DNA of 64,000 bases from Chrysomallon squamiferum (lineage: Eukaryota > Animalia > Mollusca): assembly GCA_012295275.1 (NCBI GenBank), contig CM022677.1, positions 2,666,001-2,730,000 of the forward strand, in the 5' to 3' direction. Shown here in pieces: positions 1 to 13,700 of this stretch (its first letter is position 1; the number at the start of each line of letters is the position of its first letter). The translations under genes were made by a program, and so were the position numbers. The notes under the pieces are model-generated. The model was not told the DNA's origin. It saw only the letters and a program-made list of their open reading frames with translations, and ran no database searches.

Positions 1-1580
1 AAACAAGCTGGATTTTGCAAAAACGACAGACCTTATATTTTCTTTATACTCGCTAATTATTTTAATGAACAAATGTAAAAAGAAATGGTATTGTGTTTTT
101 ATAGATTTTGAGAAAGCATTTGACAGAGTCTTGAGAATTGGATTACGGAATTAAATTTGGATAAATGGAAAATGTTTTAATGTCTTAGTAAATATGTATA
201 AAATACTAAGGTTAAAATCATACGAACGGTTTGTTATCTGATAGTTTTGATTGTGAAATAGGTACCAGGCAAAAAGAAAATCTCTCACCATTTTTATTTT
301 CTGTTTTTCTAAATGACTTAGAGGAATTTCTTATAGCTAATAAGGCATATGGACAATTACAACAATGTTTAGTGAAGAATTTAATGTTTAATTAAAGCTT
401 TTTATTATACTGTATGCTGATGATACAATACTGTTAGCAGAATCACTGGATGTTCTACAACATAATCTTAACTTTTTTGCCAATTACTGCCGACAATGGA
501 GACTTTAAGTTAATATAATAGAACTAAAATAATGATTTTCAGTAAAAGGAGAAAAACTAGTGATTATATATTTATATTTGATGAAATTATTGATATAGTA
601 GATAACAATAAATATTTTAAGAAGTGGCCAATTCAATTACAATGTAAAACTGTATAACAAAGCAATGATATGTATGTATAGCCTAATAGCTAAAAGTTGT
701 TAGAATAATCTCTCCACTGATTGATTTATCTGACAGAAACGACCAATTTTATTGTATGGGTTTTGTGAAATACAGGGTTTTACAAATATACAACTAATAT
801 AAGGACTCGATATGAAATTTTGTAAATGTTAATAAATGTACCCCTGATTTTATGATCTATGGTGAACTAGGATGGTATCCTCTGTGTATTTCTATAAAAG
901 TAAGAATGATAACCTTTTGGGAGAAACTAATTTGAAAAACCCAAAACAAGATTTCCTCACAACTATATTATTTAATGTATGTTATCAGTTCTCCCTCGAA
1001 CAATTTTGTAAAATAAATTATTGAGATGATTGTGGTTTAATATATATATGGACATATCACAACTTTGATAATGTTAAATGGTTACGTGATACAATATCCA
1101 AAATATTACATGATCAATATCAACAATTATGGAAAAATCAAATTGAAACATCTACAATTGGATATTAACTATAAACATTTTTAAAAATGAACTGAAATTA
1201 GAAAACTATCTTACTTTGCTGACTCAAAAGAATGCAAATGCAAGTATATTTCCTACTGAAATTGGATGATGGTCCACTATTCTAAGAAAACATGTCATAT
1301 CTGTAATCTTAACACAATTGGAGATGAATGTAATGATCCTATGTTATTAACTGTGAGAAAAGGTAAACAAAATAAATATAATTTGTAATAATTTGTTTAA
1401 CAATAAAAATATATTTGTATTAAAAAAGCTGTGTTTGTTAATAAGAAATATATGTGAGAGAGTATGTCCTTCACATTAAACATCTACACATGTGCATTTT
1501 AATTGTGTTATTATATAGCTGTAATACATTCTTCTCTGTACTGTAATCTACAGTTTATGAGAATAAAGTCACTGTCACTG
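1..1580 (+). mobile_element. Degenerate non-LTR retrotransposon (LINE, RTE-X-like), RT domain and 3' end
   Basis: Broken-frame motifs QAGF (4-15), FIDFEKAFDRV (~98-130), GxRQxENLSPFLF (~261-300), LYADD (~410-424), YGELGWYPL (~858-884) and C-terminal CHICNLNTIGDE (~1293-1329). Ends in AATAAA plus (gtcact)2 at ~1562-1580. Many stops and frameshifts; clade assignment is tentative. Confidence 0.85.
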
Positions 1581-1849
1581 TACAACTGAGTCTCATCTCC
1601 TATAAAAACACACATTATATCTGTCCTCACTTTTATTTGTAGAATTCTCTAGTTATTAATTATTACTCCTTCTTATATTTATAAATAAATAAATAAATAA
1701 ATTAAATACATAAATTAAATTAAAAAAGTAAAAAGATACGGAAAATCAAAGTGTGATCTGTTATTTTTATAACTGCTGTGTCATTTCATGAGTTGTCTTA
1801 ATAATTATTCTTTATTATATTACATTTTCATGTACGCTGTCTAATTACT

Positions 1850-2273
1850 TGACACCAGACTGTTGACTCACATTATCAATAGTCTCTTGTATCCATTCTC
1901 TGGAAAATGCACTGGATTTTTGTGATGCTGAAGAAGGGGATAGGGACCTGAGTGCATTGATTCACTCTGAATGAGGTACAGGACTGTCAATATGGCAAGA
2001 TATCACTCTCATGAACGCTGCCTTCCCGAGTCTCTGTCTCATCATGTTCTGCTGCAGCTACAGCCTCTGGTTTCTTCTCTCTTTTCTTTATCTTCACATC
2101 CAGCTTCATTCTCAGAGCAGCAAGCTCAGACATCACCTCCTGCTCAACTTTCTGACTGTTGTCTTTGCCACCATCATGCACAGCCATCACAGTTATCTGC
2201 CAAGTGATTTCGTTAGGCAGCACAGCAGATGAAGTGTTTTTACCAGCATCAGCTTGTTTCAATTCAAGTCTGC
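1850..2273 (-). pseudogene. Exon-like relic of unknown protein (ITWQITVMAVH...VMSELAALRMKL...KIKKREKK)
   Basis: GC-richer island with a gtaa donor near 1850. The core is paralogous to 31440-31762 and the flanks to 11563-11640. No family recognised. Confidence 0.5.
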
Positions 2274-2279
2274 AATTTT

Positions 2280-5200
2280 CAGTATTGCTGACACACACAC
2301 ACACACACTATTATCAGAGTAGCAGTTATCACTATTCCTGACACACACACACACAGATACACACTATTATCAGAGTAGAAATTATCACTACTGCTGATAC
2401 CCACAAACACATGCACACACACAGTTATCAGAGTAGCAGTTATAACTAATGTTGATAGACAAACACACAACTATTATCACAGTAGCAGTTATCCATATTA
2501 CTGATACAATCACACACGCACGCACACTATTCTCAGAGTAGCAGTTATCAATATTCCTGATACACGAAGAAACACACACACATGCACACACAAAAACACA
2601 CACATTATTATAAGAGAAGCAATTTTCAGTATTGCTGACACATGTACACAGGCACACACAATTATTAGAAATTATCACTATTGATGATACACTCACACAC
2701 GCACACACTCACACTATTTTCAGAGTAGCAATTATCACTATTGCTGATATATACATACACACTGTTATCAGAGTAGAAATTATCACTATTGCTGACACAC
2801 TCACACACAAACATACACACTATTGCTGATACACTCTGAAACACACACACACTCACAGACACACACTATTATCACAGAAGCAATTTTTCAGTATTGCTGA
2901 CACACACACATACTATTATCAGTGTCAAAATTATCACAATTGATGATACACTTACACACACGTATTATTATCAGAGTAGCAGTTATCACTATTGCTGATA
3001 CACACACACATACACACTATTATCAGAGTAGAAAGTATAACTATTGCTGATACACACATATTGCTGATACAAACATGTACACACACACACTGTTATCAGA
3101 GTAGCAGTTATCAGTAATACTGATAGACAAACTCACACACACAAACACACTATTATCAGAGTAGCAAGTATCAACATTCCTGACAAACAGACACAGATAC
3201 TATTATAAGAGTAGCAGTTATCACTATTGCTGATACACTCACACACACAATATTATCAGAGTAGCAATTATCAACGTTCCTGACAAACAGAGACACAGAT
3301 ACTATTATCAGAGTAGCAGTTATCACTATTTCTCATACATTCACACATTCACAAACACACTATTTTCAGAGTAGCAGTTATCACCATTCCTGATACACTC
3401 ACACACGCACACACTCACAGTATTTTCAGACTTGCAATTATCACTATTGCTGATACATACAAACACTCTATTATTATCATCGAAATTATCACTTTTGCTG
3501 ATAACTCACAGACACATACTGTTATCTGAGTAGCAGTGATCACTATTGCTGATTTACTCACAAACACTATTATAAAGAAACAATTATCACTACTGCTGAT
3601 ACACTCACACGCACACTATTATCACAGTAGCAATTTTCTCTATTGCTGACACATTCACTCAAAGATACAGACACACATACTGTTAACAGAGTAGCAGTTA
3701 CCACTATTACTGATACACTCAGACTCACACACTGACAGACACACACTATTATCAGAGTAGCAATTTTCACTATTGCTCACAACCACACTATTTTCAAAGT
3801 AGAAATTATCACTATTGATAAAACAAACACACACACACATACTATTATCAAACTAGCAATTATCAGTATTGCTGATATACTCACACAGATATTACTATCA
3901 GAGTAGCCGTTGTCACTATTGCTGATACACTCAGAAAAACAGACACAGATACTATTATCAGAGTATCTGATACTCTCTCACACATACACTCACAGTCACA
4001 TAATATTGTCAGAGTAGAAATTACAAGTATTGCTCATACACTCAAACACACACATGCACACTATTACCAGTTACCACAATTGTTGACACACACACACACA
4101 CACACACACTATTATCAGAGTAGCAGTTCTCACTATTGCTGATACACTCACAAACACACACATATACTATTATCAGACTAGCAATTATCAGTATTGCTGA
4201 TATACTCACACAGATATTATTATCAGAGTAGCAATTATCACTATTGCTGATACACTCACAAACACACACACTATTATCAGAGTAGCAGTAATCACAATTG
4301 CTGATAGACACACAGACACACTTTTATCAGAACAGCAGGTATCACGGTTGCTGATACACTGACTGACAGACACACACACATACCCACACTATTATCTGAG
4401 TAGCAGTTATCACTATTGTTGATTTACTCACACACACAAACACACATACTATTATCAGAGTAGCAGTAGACTCAAATGTACACATACAGACTATTATCAG
4501 AACAGCAATTAGCAGTATTTCTGAGAAACACACACACACACAGATCCTATTATCAGAGTAGAAATTATCACAATTGCTGATATACTCACACACACATACT
4601 ATTATCAGAGTAGCAGTTATCACTATTGCTCATACACTCACAAACACTATTATCAGAGAAGCAATTATCATTATTGCTGATATACTCACACATTCACACA
4701 AATACTATTATCAGAGTAGCAATTATCACTATTGCTGATACACACACACACACTATAATCAGAGTAGAAATTATGACTATTGCTGATACACTCACACACA
4801 CATATACTGGTAGCAGTTACCACTATACACTGATACACTCAGACACATGCACCCACACATACTATTATCACTATTGCTAATACAAACATATACACTCACA
4901 CACACACACACACACATTGTTATCAGAGTAGCAGTTATTCCTATTGCTGATACTCTCAAACATACACTCACAGACTATTATCAGAGTCATCAATATTGCT
5001 GACAAACACACACACACACACACTATTATCAGAGTAGTAGTTATCACTATTGCTGATATACTCACACACACACATTAGTGTAGCAGTTTTGACTATTCCT
5101 CACAAACACACACACACACACACACACACTCATACTATTATCACAGAAGCAGTTATCACTATTTCTCATACTAATATGTCAAAGACACACACACATACTA

Positions 5201-5600
5201 TTATCATTGTAGCAATTATCACTATTGCTGACACACTCACAGACACAAACACACACATACTATTATCAGAGAAGCAATATCACTATTGCTGACACACTCA
5301 CAGACACAAACACACACATACTATTATCAGAGTAGAAATTATCACTGTTGCTGATACAACACAGAGATTATTATCAAAGTAGCAGTTATCACTAATGCTC
5401 ATATCCCACACACATATACATATGCACACACAGATACATACTATTATCAGAATATCATTATTGCTTGTACACTTACACTCACTCACAGACACACACACTA
5501 TTGTCAGAGTAGCAGTTATCAGTATTGCTGACACACACACACACACACACACAGACTATTATCAAGAAATTATCTCTATTGCTGCTACACACACACTCAG
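2280..5600. repeat. Compound minisatellite: ~36-bp core CACTATTATCAGAGTAGCAGTTATCACTATTGCTGA alternating with variable (CA)n tracts
   Basis: Dozens of degenerate head-to-tail copies; accounts for all CV/HT-rich ORFs here. Confidence 0.95.
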
Positions 5601-6296
5601 TCACTCTCAGGAATATAAACATAAGTAAAGATGAAATTAGAAAATGAATTATAAAAGGCAGAAAGAAAGACTCAGAGACAGAGAACATGAGAACAAAAGC
5701 AAAAAGGAAACAAGCAGTTTATACATATGTAGATACTTAATAACAAATACATAATAATTAATACAACTACGAATATATAACAAACCAAAATATTTATATG
5801 CATTAAAAATATCTACATAAAATTATTTCATAATAAAAAGTTTAGTTTAATATTCTTAGCATATGGTTTAACTAAATTGTCTATGTCAGATAGAGAAAGA
5901 TTAGGATTATATGTAGAATAATTATTCAAATATTATAAACATTTATAAAATGTAATAAACAATTACCTGAAGTAAGTTTAACTAAATCGTCAGTGACAGA
6001 TACAGAAAGATCAGGACACTTTCCGATGTCCACAGCTTTCAAAGAAAGGAGTTTTCCATGGAAACTCAAACAGCTGGTTGGTTAAACAACTGGAGTTCAG
6101 ACTTAATTCCTGTAGAGAACTTGGAATCTGGAATATCTGAAAAAAATGAAAAACAGTATTAACAAACCTGATAATGTATCTTAACTATCAGCAGAGAAAG
6201 AAAAAAAGTTGAAAAAATATAATAATGAGAAATTTGTCAAATCTAGATAGTTACAGAATGAAATACATATGTGTATATGTACATATACATACAGAG

Positions 6297-6368
<72 letters not shown>

Positions 6369-7220
6369 TAATATATATATATTTTACAAATCTAAATTTA
6401 CCATCAACTGTAAGTGTTTGGTTGTTAACTTTTGCATCATTCAGATAAAAAACTGATTAAGTGATCCCAGCTTATGGTAATAAAAACAAATAATAATAAT
6501 AATAATTCCCAATGTGCAGAATCTACATTATCAGAAAATAATTTAATGTCAGTGATTAAAATAAGCTTAGTGTGTACAAAAATAATATTGAGCTAATTAA
6601 TTCTGATTGGCTGATCTCTCTGAAGATTGGTTGATTAGTCATTCTGTGGTTTCATTGGTTAATCTCTATCTGTAGTCTGATTGGTTAATCAGGCTGAATT
6701 CTGATTGACTATTTACTGACACACCCACCTGATTGCTGCTGATATTAAGTTCAGTGAGAGAAGAATTTTCTGTGACTGCAGTACATAAATGTTTAGACCA
6801 ACATCACTCATATTATACTGGCTGACACATAGAGATGATAACACACACCATGGCTTCTGTTAATAAAAATAAATAATAATAATGAAATAAACTAATATTA
6901 AAATTGTATATACTTACATAGAGAAAGACAGATGACAGACATATATTGTTAAAGAGTATATGATATCCATGTAAGAATGCATACACCCGCACAAAACACA
7001 ATTTCACATATACATTAACACACACAAAAACACAGACAGAGAGAGATAGATGGATTCTGTTAATGCAGATACTGTTGTTGTTATAACAACTAATGTAATT
7101 GTTTATCATCAACTACTAGTACCACTTTCACCATTATTTACTATTACACTTTTCATGTGAACACAGTAAATTGTTTAAATTGTGAAACTTGCTCTCACCC
7201 TTAAAGCAGCAGCCAGTCCT

Positions 7221-7669
7221 TTAGTGAGAGCAGTTTTATCAGATAATCCATTACTAGACAGATCTAGTTCTGTGAGTCCAGTGTTTAGTGAGAGCAGTTT
7301 TATCAGATAATCCATTACTAGACAGATCTAGTTTTGTGAGTCCAGTGTTTAGTGAGAGCAATTTTATCAGATAATCCATTACTAGACAGATCTAGTTCTG
7401 TGAGTCCAGTGTTTAGTGAGAGCAGTTTTATCAGATAATCCATTACTAGACAGGTCTAGTTCTGTGAGTCCAGTGTTTAGTGAGAGCAATTTTATCAGAT
7501 AATCCATTACTAGACAGAACTAGTTCTGTGAGTCCAGTGTTTAGTGAGAGCAGTTTTATCAGATAATCCATTACTAGACAGAACTAGTTCTGTGAGTCCA
7601 GTGTTTAGTGAGAGCAGTTTTATCAGATAATCCATTACTAGACAGATCTAGTTCAGTGAGTCCAGTGTT
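7221..7669. repeat. 64-bp tandem repeat x7 inside an LRR exon
   Basis: GTGAGAG recurs at 7224, 7288, 7352, 7416, 7480, 7544 and 7608; copies are nearly identical. Confidence 0.97.
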
Positions 7670-8164
7670 TTCTACTAGAGTTGATGATAGAAGTTTCATG
7701 TCAGTGGAGCCTACACATAGCTCTGAAAAAAAAAGTAAAATAAAAAAATAAATAAATAAATGTAATATCCACAGTAAATATCAGTAGCTCTGAAATTATA
7801 GAGAAATACACATTTATATTAATAAAATCAGTATAAATAAATATATAAAAAAATAAAGAAGAAAGTTAATAAATTTAAGAGAGAGAGAGAGAATGAAAAG
7901 TAAAATAAAGAAAAGTTAATAAAATGACATGATTAAAATAAGAAAAAGAAAACCGAGAGTTTTAAGTTTTGTGTTTTCTTTAAGAGCTGGACTGACACAG
8001 TGAGAGAAATAATCATTTCCTAGAGAATTACTCAACACATCCAAATATTCCTGTTTACCAACAACATTTTGACTACACAGTGCTAGAAACAAAACACTCA
8101 GGTTGTGTGTATTAGCAGTAAAAACTGTTAATACAAATTGTTAACATTTATTTATTATTAAAAT

Positions 8165-9053
8165 GTAGTTAGTAGAGGACATCATAATGTTTTAACAGTA
8201 GTAACAGCAGATGTAGTAATACCAGTAGTAGAACTAGTAGAAGCAGTAGCAGTTGTAGTAGTAGTAGTAGTAGTAATTATATTAGTAACAGTAGCTGCAG
8301 AATTTGTAGTTGTAGTATTAGTGCTAATAGTACCAGGAGTAGTAATAGTTGTTTTAATAATAAGAGTAGTAATAATGGTAATAGTTGTAGTATTATGGGT
8401 AATAATTGTAGTATTAGTTGTAGTAATAGTGGTAATAGTTTGAGATATTAGTAAAGCAGTAGTAGTAGTAGTAATAGTTTGTAGTATTAGTAATAACTGT
8501 ACTAATAGTAGTAATAGTGGTAATCACTGCAGTAACAGTGATAGTGATAACTGGTAGAATTAGCTTAGGTTGTATAGTACAAGTAGATAGAATACGTAGA
8601 GGTAGTAAATAACTGCAGACACCATAGTAGTAGTAGTAGTAGTAAAAACAACATTGATAGTGTAAGTAACAACAGTAGAAATAGCAGTAACAGACATATT
8701 GGTAAATATAGATATATAATAGTAATAGTTATAGCTTTAGTGTGTTGAAAATCAGTAATTTTTCTCAGTAGTAGAATAATAGTAATAAGAGTGGTAGTAT
8801 CAGAAGTAGCAATATTAGTAGCTAACTGAGAATACTGGACAATTACATATACTAATTACTACTACTAATAATAATAATAATAACAGTAGCAGTGACAATA
8901 TAATATTAATAATAATAATAAGAACAAGAACAATAATAAGAAGAAGAAGAAGAGAAAACTATTTGTTTCACAATTATATATTTATAAATATAAAAATAAT
9001 TTCTTGTTATAGGTATAAGCGTTATGTAATCAATATGAAATTGTTTAAACTGG

Positions 9054-9084
<31 letters not shown>

Positions 9085-9205
9085 GCTATTATTACTATTT
9101 ATATTAATATTATTACTTGTATTATTATTATTGCATTATTATTATTATTATTGTTGTTATTATTATTATTGTTTTTATTATTATTACTGTTATTATTATT
9201 ATAAA
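8165..9205. repeat. Degenerate (AGT)n/(AAT)n/(TTA)n low-complexity intronic tract
   Basis: Trinucleotide runs visible directly. Confidence 0.85.
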
Positions 9206-9789
9206 ATATTTTATAACAGTTATAATTAAGATTACTCACAGCACTCTCAGTGTCTGTTTTGTTGGTGGTGAGGCTAAGGAAGATCACTGTTGTGTTAGAA
9301 TACATTGCCAAACACACAGCTCAGAAAGCCTGGGGTCCAAATCTGTTTCCTGATAAATTTAAAACCTAGTTTTTAAAATAATGAAAATACAGAATACTAA
9401 ATTTTTCAGTAGGTTGTAATTTTACATAAAATAATGAAAAGGTTGATAATAGTTAACATGAATATTATGTAATTCAGTATGATTATATTTTAAATAAATT
9501 AAAAATAATAAGAAAATAAATAAATGATAGATAGATACATACATACATCAAATAGATAGAAGATAGGCAGAAAGATTAATAATTAAATAAAAATACATAA
9601 ACTAAAAATAATCGTCTACTAAAACTTGTTTTAAGAGCATTTTTATAAATTAAAACTATAAATAAATTTAAAGTTATTTAAATTACTGATTCTAAAGCTA
9701 TATAAAAACAAAGAGGGCAGACCTTGAAATTAAGAGAAAACATTAAGTGAATATAAATACAAATATTTATCCAAATCATTGGTAACTAT

Positions 9790-10495
9790 TTAAAAGACAC
9801 AAACAAGTTATCAGAATAATACTGGTTCTAAAAAAAATCACTAATAATAATAATTTTCAGAAAACAAACATATTGACAATACAAGTTTACACCTTCATTA
9901 TTTTTTGGGTTTATTTGGCCATTAAATAGAGCTGTTAGGGAATATAGAATATCTATTAAAGAAAAAATGAAAATATTAAAAACTTCAAATCGCAAAGAGT
10001 ATTTGTCAAATCTGAACAACTATAAGCAGAGATGGTCAACTGATTCTTTATTTCAATTTTTCAAAACTCTTAATAGCAATGTTGATGAAACATGTAGCAC
10101 AATAGAAGAATTACACTCTCATGGACAAGAAACTACTAATGATGTTTTGAACAAGTCTCATTCAGCCGAGGAAACATCTGGAGCAGTGAACAGACTGCAT
10201 TGTCATTGACCAGCTGGAGAATACTTTATTATTAATGAATATATCAAGTATACTGCTAATATTATGTTACATTTATATGTTCTGTTGTTTAATGTTATTC
10301 TTGACTCAGCAATTATACCATCCCATTGGTTAGTGGGACTCCTCAAACCAATATAAAAAAATAAAGGAGCTTGAAATGACCCTGAAAATTATACATTATT
10401 ACAATATTAAGCTGTTCAGGTACATTTTTTACATCTCTTCTTAATTCTAGATGAAATAAGTATGCAGATGAAACAAACCTGATTTTAGAAAATAT
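9790..10495 (+). mobile_element. LINE ORF2 internal fragment (region just upstream of RT core)
   Basis: Broken-frame translation INEYIKYTANIMLHLYVLLFNVILDSAIIPSHWLVG...NKG..NDPENY..ITILSC...FTSLLN...ILEN, typical of the pre-RT LINE region. Confidence 0.8.
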
Positions 10496-10565
10496 GATGC
10501 TTCTTCTTCTTTTATTTTAAAATATAGAATGTTACAACAAAATAATCAGGTTTGTATAAAAGTAA

Positions 10566-10652
<87 letters not shown>

Positions 10653-10765
10653 AATGCAGTGTATGACACAAGATTCTAATGTATATTACACAATGCAACT
10701 TCCTACATTAAATTAAATTAAACTTCATTGGGTTTAGAATAATAAGAAAACAAACTCAAATTCAC

Positions 10766-11952
10766 CTGTTCAGTTTCTTTCCTCTTTTCCAGTGGCAGCA
10801 GTACAAACTTTATCCTCAGCACTGGACAGCACCTTCTGCTGAAACAACTTCACTAGCCAACATCAGTTATGTGCATTCTCAAAAAAAAAAAATAATAATA
10901 ATAATAAAAATAATAAACTGTTATAAATAAATAACTAATGTTTCTGTTATTATTAAAATTTAAATTGTACTGGTACCAGTTACTGGATTATTCAGACACA
11001 AAGGGGTGCGTGATATTTTTGGTATATTTTGTATAATCATTATAATGGTATTAATTTAATTAATTAAAAAAACAATAGCAAATAAATGATTATTATTATG
11101 GTATTTTACAATCAGTAAAGAGTTGTTACTATAAAATTTATTTCACTTTCTCTAAGAAATAAAAATAAGATAAAAATCTCACAGTTTTGAATTGTGCAGT
11201 CTGCAGTTTCTATACAGCTGATTCATCCTTCTCCATGATGTAAATTTCCTTTCTAGACAGCAAATGAATAATTACCTGTATAAAAGATTTATCATTAATT
11301 GGTAAACAAAGATTTTAGCTATTCCAACATGAACATGACACTTTATTTTTATTTTTATCAATCTACATTTGTCTGATAAATGCATTTTTCTTTCTTTGTT
11401 TATTATCATTCATGCAATATGTCTCTCTCACACATAATCACACACATACGAATGCATGCTCACACACAAACACACACACACACACACGCACACACAAACA
11501 CACATATAAACTAATTAAAACCCTGTTGAGAGGTTTCTGAAAACATTCTAACACAGGCCTGACACATTACTTGACACCAGACTGTTGATTCACATTATCA
11601 ATAATCTCTTGTATCCCTTCTTACCAGCATCAGCTTGTTTTCACAAAACTGCAGACTTCAGTGGTGCTCTGACCTTTTCTTCTTGTTCCTGTCCATGCTG
11701 AATGTAGTATTCCAGCAGCACTTGCACTCTACAGAGTGATTCTGGTCAGTGATTGTGTAGCTTGATGAGAAATTTATAATGTCAACCAGGTACATTATCA
11801 GTAGATACAGATGTAAATAGTTTTGGATGTCTTAGTATTAGTCACATTATCTGCATAAGACACCTACTTCAAAAAATTATCATTTTAGTAGTGTTTTATG
11901 CATGGAGATTGTACAGTGTATTAGTATCGTTTGTGATTATGGTTATAAACTA

Positions 11953-12001
<49 letters not shown>

Positions 12002-12358
12002 AATATTATTATAACAAATAATTTTATTAATATTTTACAGTGTCGGTATATGAAATAACCTGGTCATATTTTTCTTAAATATTTATTCATCTTTATTAGT
12101 TTTTAATGTTAACTTTAAGATATACAGTTATTTAGCTTTAATAATATGAAAGCATTTAGGGCCCCACCTATTATAAACTTTAATATGGTTAAAAAAGTAT
12201 TTAATGGATAGAGGAAGTCAGCAATTTAACATAAATCTTTAAAAAAATAAATCGTAAATAAACTGACGGAAAACAACCTGCCAAACAAAATCAGTATATT
12301 TTCTTTTAATAGTTTTATTAGTAAATTAAAAAAAAATAAAATAAATAAAAAAAAAAAA

Positions 12359-12412
<54 letters not shown>

Positions 12413-12892
12413 AAATTGTTTGTGAGTTGACATATAGATAGTGGTAAAACAAATTTACTTTGGTGTGTGCTACACATGAAATTTATTTTAAAACAAATTT
12501 CATTGATTGGTAAAACAAAATTTTCTGAAACATCTTAGTTTAAAAAAAGTGAAACAAAAAAAACAAAATAAAATAACTAAAATAAATAAAAGTTAAAAAA
12601 AATACAAAAAAAAATAAAAAGAAATAAATAAATAAATAAATATTATTCTCGAATAAGATGGCTGCCATCAGGTGGATGTGACGTTTCAATTATAATTAAA
12701 TAAAATAAAAAATCCAAACTCATTAACAACTATAATAATAAATAGTACTACCTGTCTGCTTCACAAAATGAAATACTTTAAGCAACTTTTTTGTTGCATG
12801 ATAATGCGATTACACCAATTCTGCAGAAGATTCTTCAAATCAAATAAAAAAATCATCCCAATCATCCCGCATTTTTCCCGAAAATACAATCC
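10766..12892 (-). pseudogene. Further exon-like relics with splice signals but stops (~10766-10840, 11183-11275, ~11571-11760, ~12752-12891)
   Basis: For example, 11183-11275 is bounded by tacag/gtgag and reads VIIHLLSRKEIYIMEKDESAV*KLQTAQFKT. The 12752-12891 segment is paralogous to 32694-32840. Products not recognised. Confidence 0.45.
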
Positions 12893-13085
12893 TAAAAAAA
12901 AAAGAAGAAAAAGAATTCAAAACAAATAAATAAAATAAATGAACATAACAACCTTTCTTAAAATATACTTGATGTGGTTCTTTTTTGTATTATTATTATT
13001 TGTTGCTTTTTTTAGCCAATCATTGACGTAAACTTCAAATAAACGGTGTTGTTATTTCCCCCCCTACTTTTTTCTTTCTTCTTCT
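11953..13085. repeat. Segmental duplication, direct copy of ~31997-33055
   Basis: Colinear shared strings: gtgttaaatattattataacaaata, aagtcagcaatttaacataaatcttt, aatgcgattacaccaattctg, aatcatcccgcatttt, agccaatc..tgac..aaacttcaaataaacggtgt. Confidence 0.9.
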
Positions 13086-13175
13086 TTTTTATTTATTTAT
13101 ATTTATGAAGGATATATTTCATCTTTTCAGGTGTCTTCTCCTGGTGTGCTGAAATGTTAACTAAAAACATGTGAA

Positions 13176-13217
<42 letters not shown>

Positions 13218-13700
13218 ATAAAAACATGTGAACGCAAATACAACAAACAGGAAAGTAAAAAAGATATGTACTTAAGAGAAAAAAGAATGTGGCTGACTAT
13301 ACTGATTTCGAATGTCTGTATTAATGTTAAGAAAATTGTTAGATTTGATTAGTAAAATAGAAAAAAGCAGAAACCTCTACCAAAAAAAAAAAAAAAAGAA
13401 AGAAAAAGTAAACCAAAAATAAATAAATCACACTCCACGTTCACACACAGGTACCTGCATTGTCACGAGAGTTAGTAGGAATTAGTCTCACTTTCACTTT
13501 TATTGTTTTCAATATTTCCTAATTTTCGTTGCTTGTAAACCAATGAAATTATTTTGATAACAAAAACTATTAAAATAAGCAATCGTTTTCTTCAAAACGA
13601 TTGCGTTTTTTAGCCATTGTTCTCAAACTAAAAATGACGAAACAATTTTCATCTAAAGATTTCCATTGACGTATAAATATCGGCGGGAAGTATAAATACG
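13010..13700. promoter_or_regulatory. Candidate promoter: CCAAT + TGACGT (13015-13030); TGACGT, TATAAA and E2F-like GGCGGGAA (13667-13697)
   Basis: Motif clustering in a locally CpG-containing patch upstream of the minus-strand exon series; the CCAAT element is retained in the 32985 duplicate. Motif match only. Confidence 0.3.

Larger units (their letters stand above)
5967..9349 (-). pseudogene. Multi-exon leucine-rich-repeat pseudogene (ribonuclease-inhibitor/NLRC3-type LRRs)
   Basis: GT-AG exons: 9240-9349 (GNRFGPQAF*AVCLAMYSNTTVIFLSLTTNK), 8032-8082 (tentative), 7199-7722 (LVENTGLTELDLSSNGLSDK...GLAAALR), 6729-6775 (ENSSLTELNISSNQ) and 5967-6136 (IPSSLQELSLNSSCLT / LLSLKAVDIGKCPDL). Disabled by an in-frame TGA at 9321-9323, a frameshift near 6075-6083 and an exonic tandem expansion. 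Confidence 0.8.

Noticed and set aside
2280-5600. Repeat-spacer pattern as CRISPR-like, or CV/HT-rich ORFs as proteins
   Set aside because: Spacers are only (CA)n variants; the ORFs are translations of the repeat.
9790-10495. LINE piece ending at ILEN as the displaced upstream half of the LINE starting QAGF at position 1
   Set aside because: Position 1 is an arbitrary window edge, so the apparent complementarity cannot be tested here.
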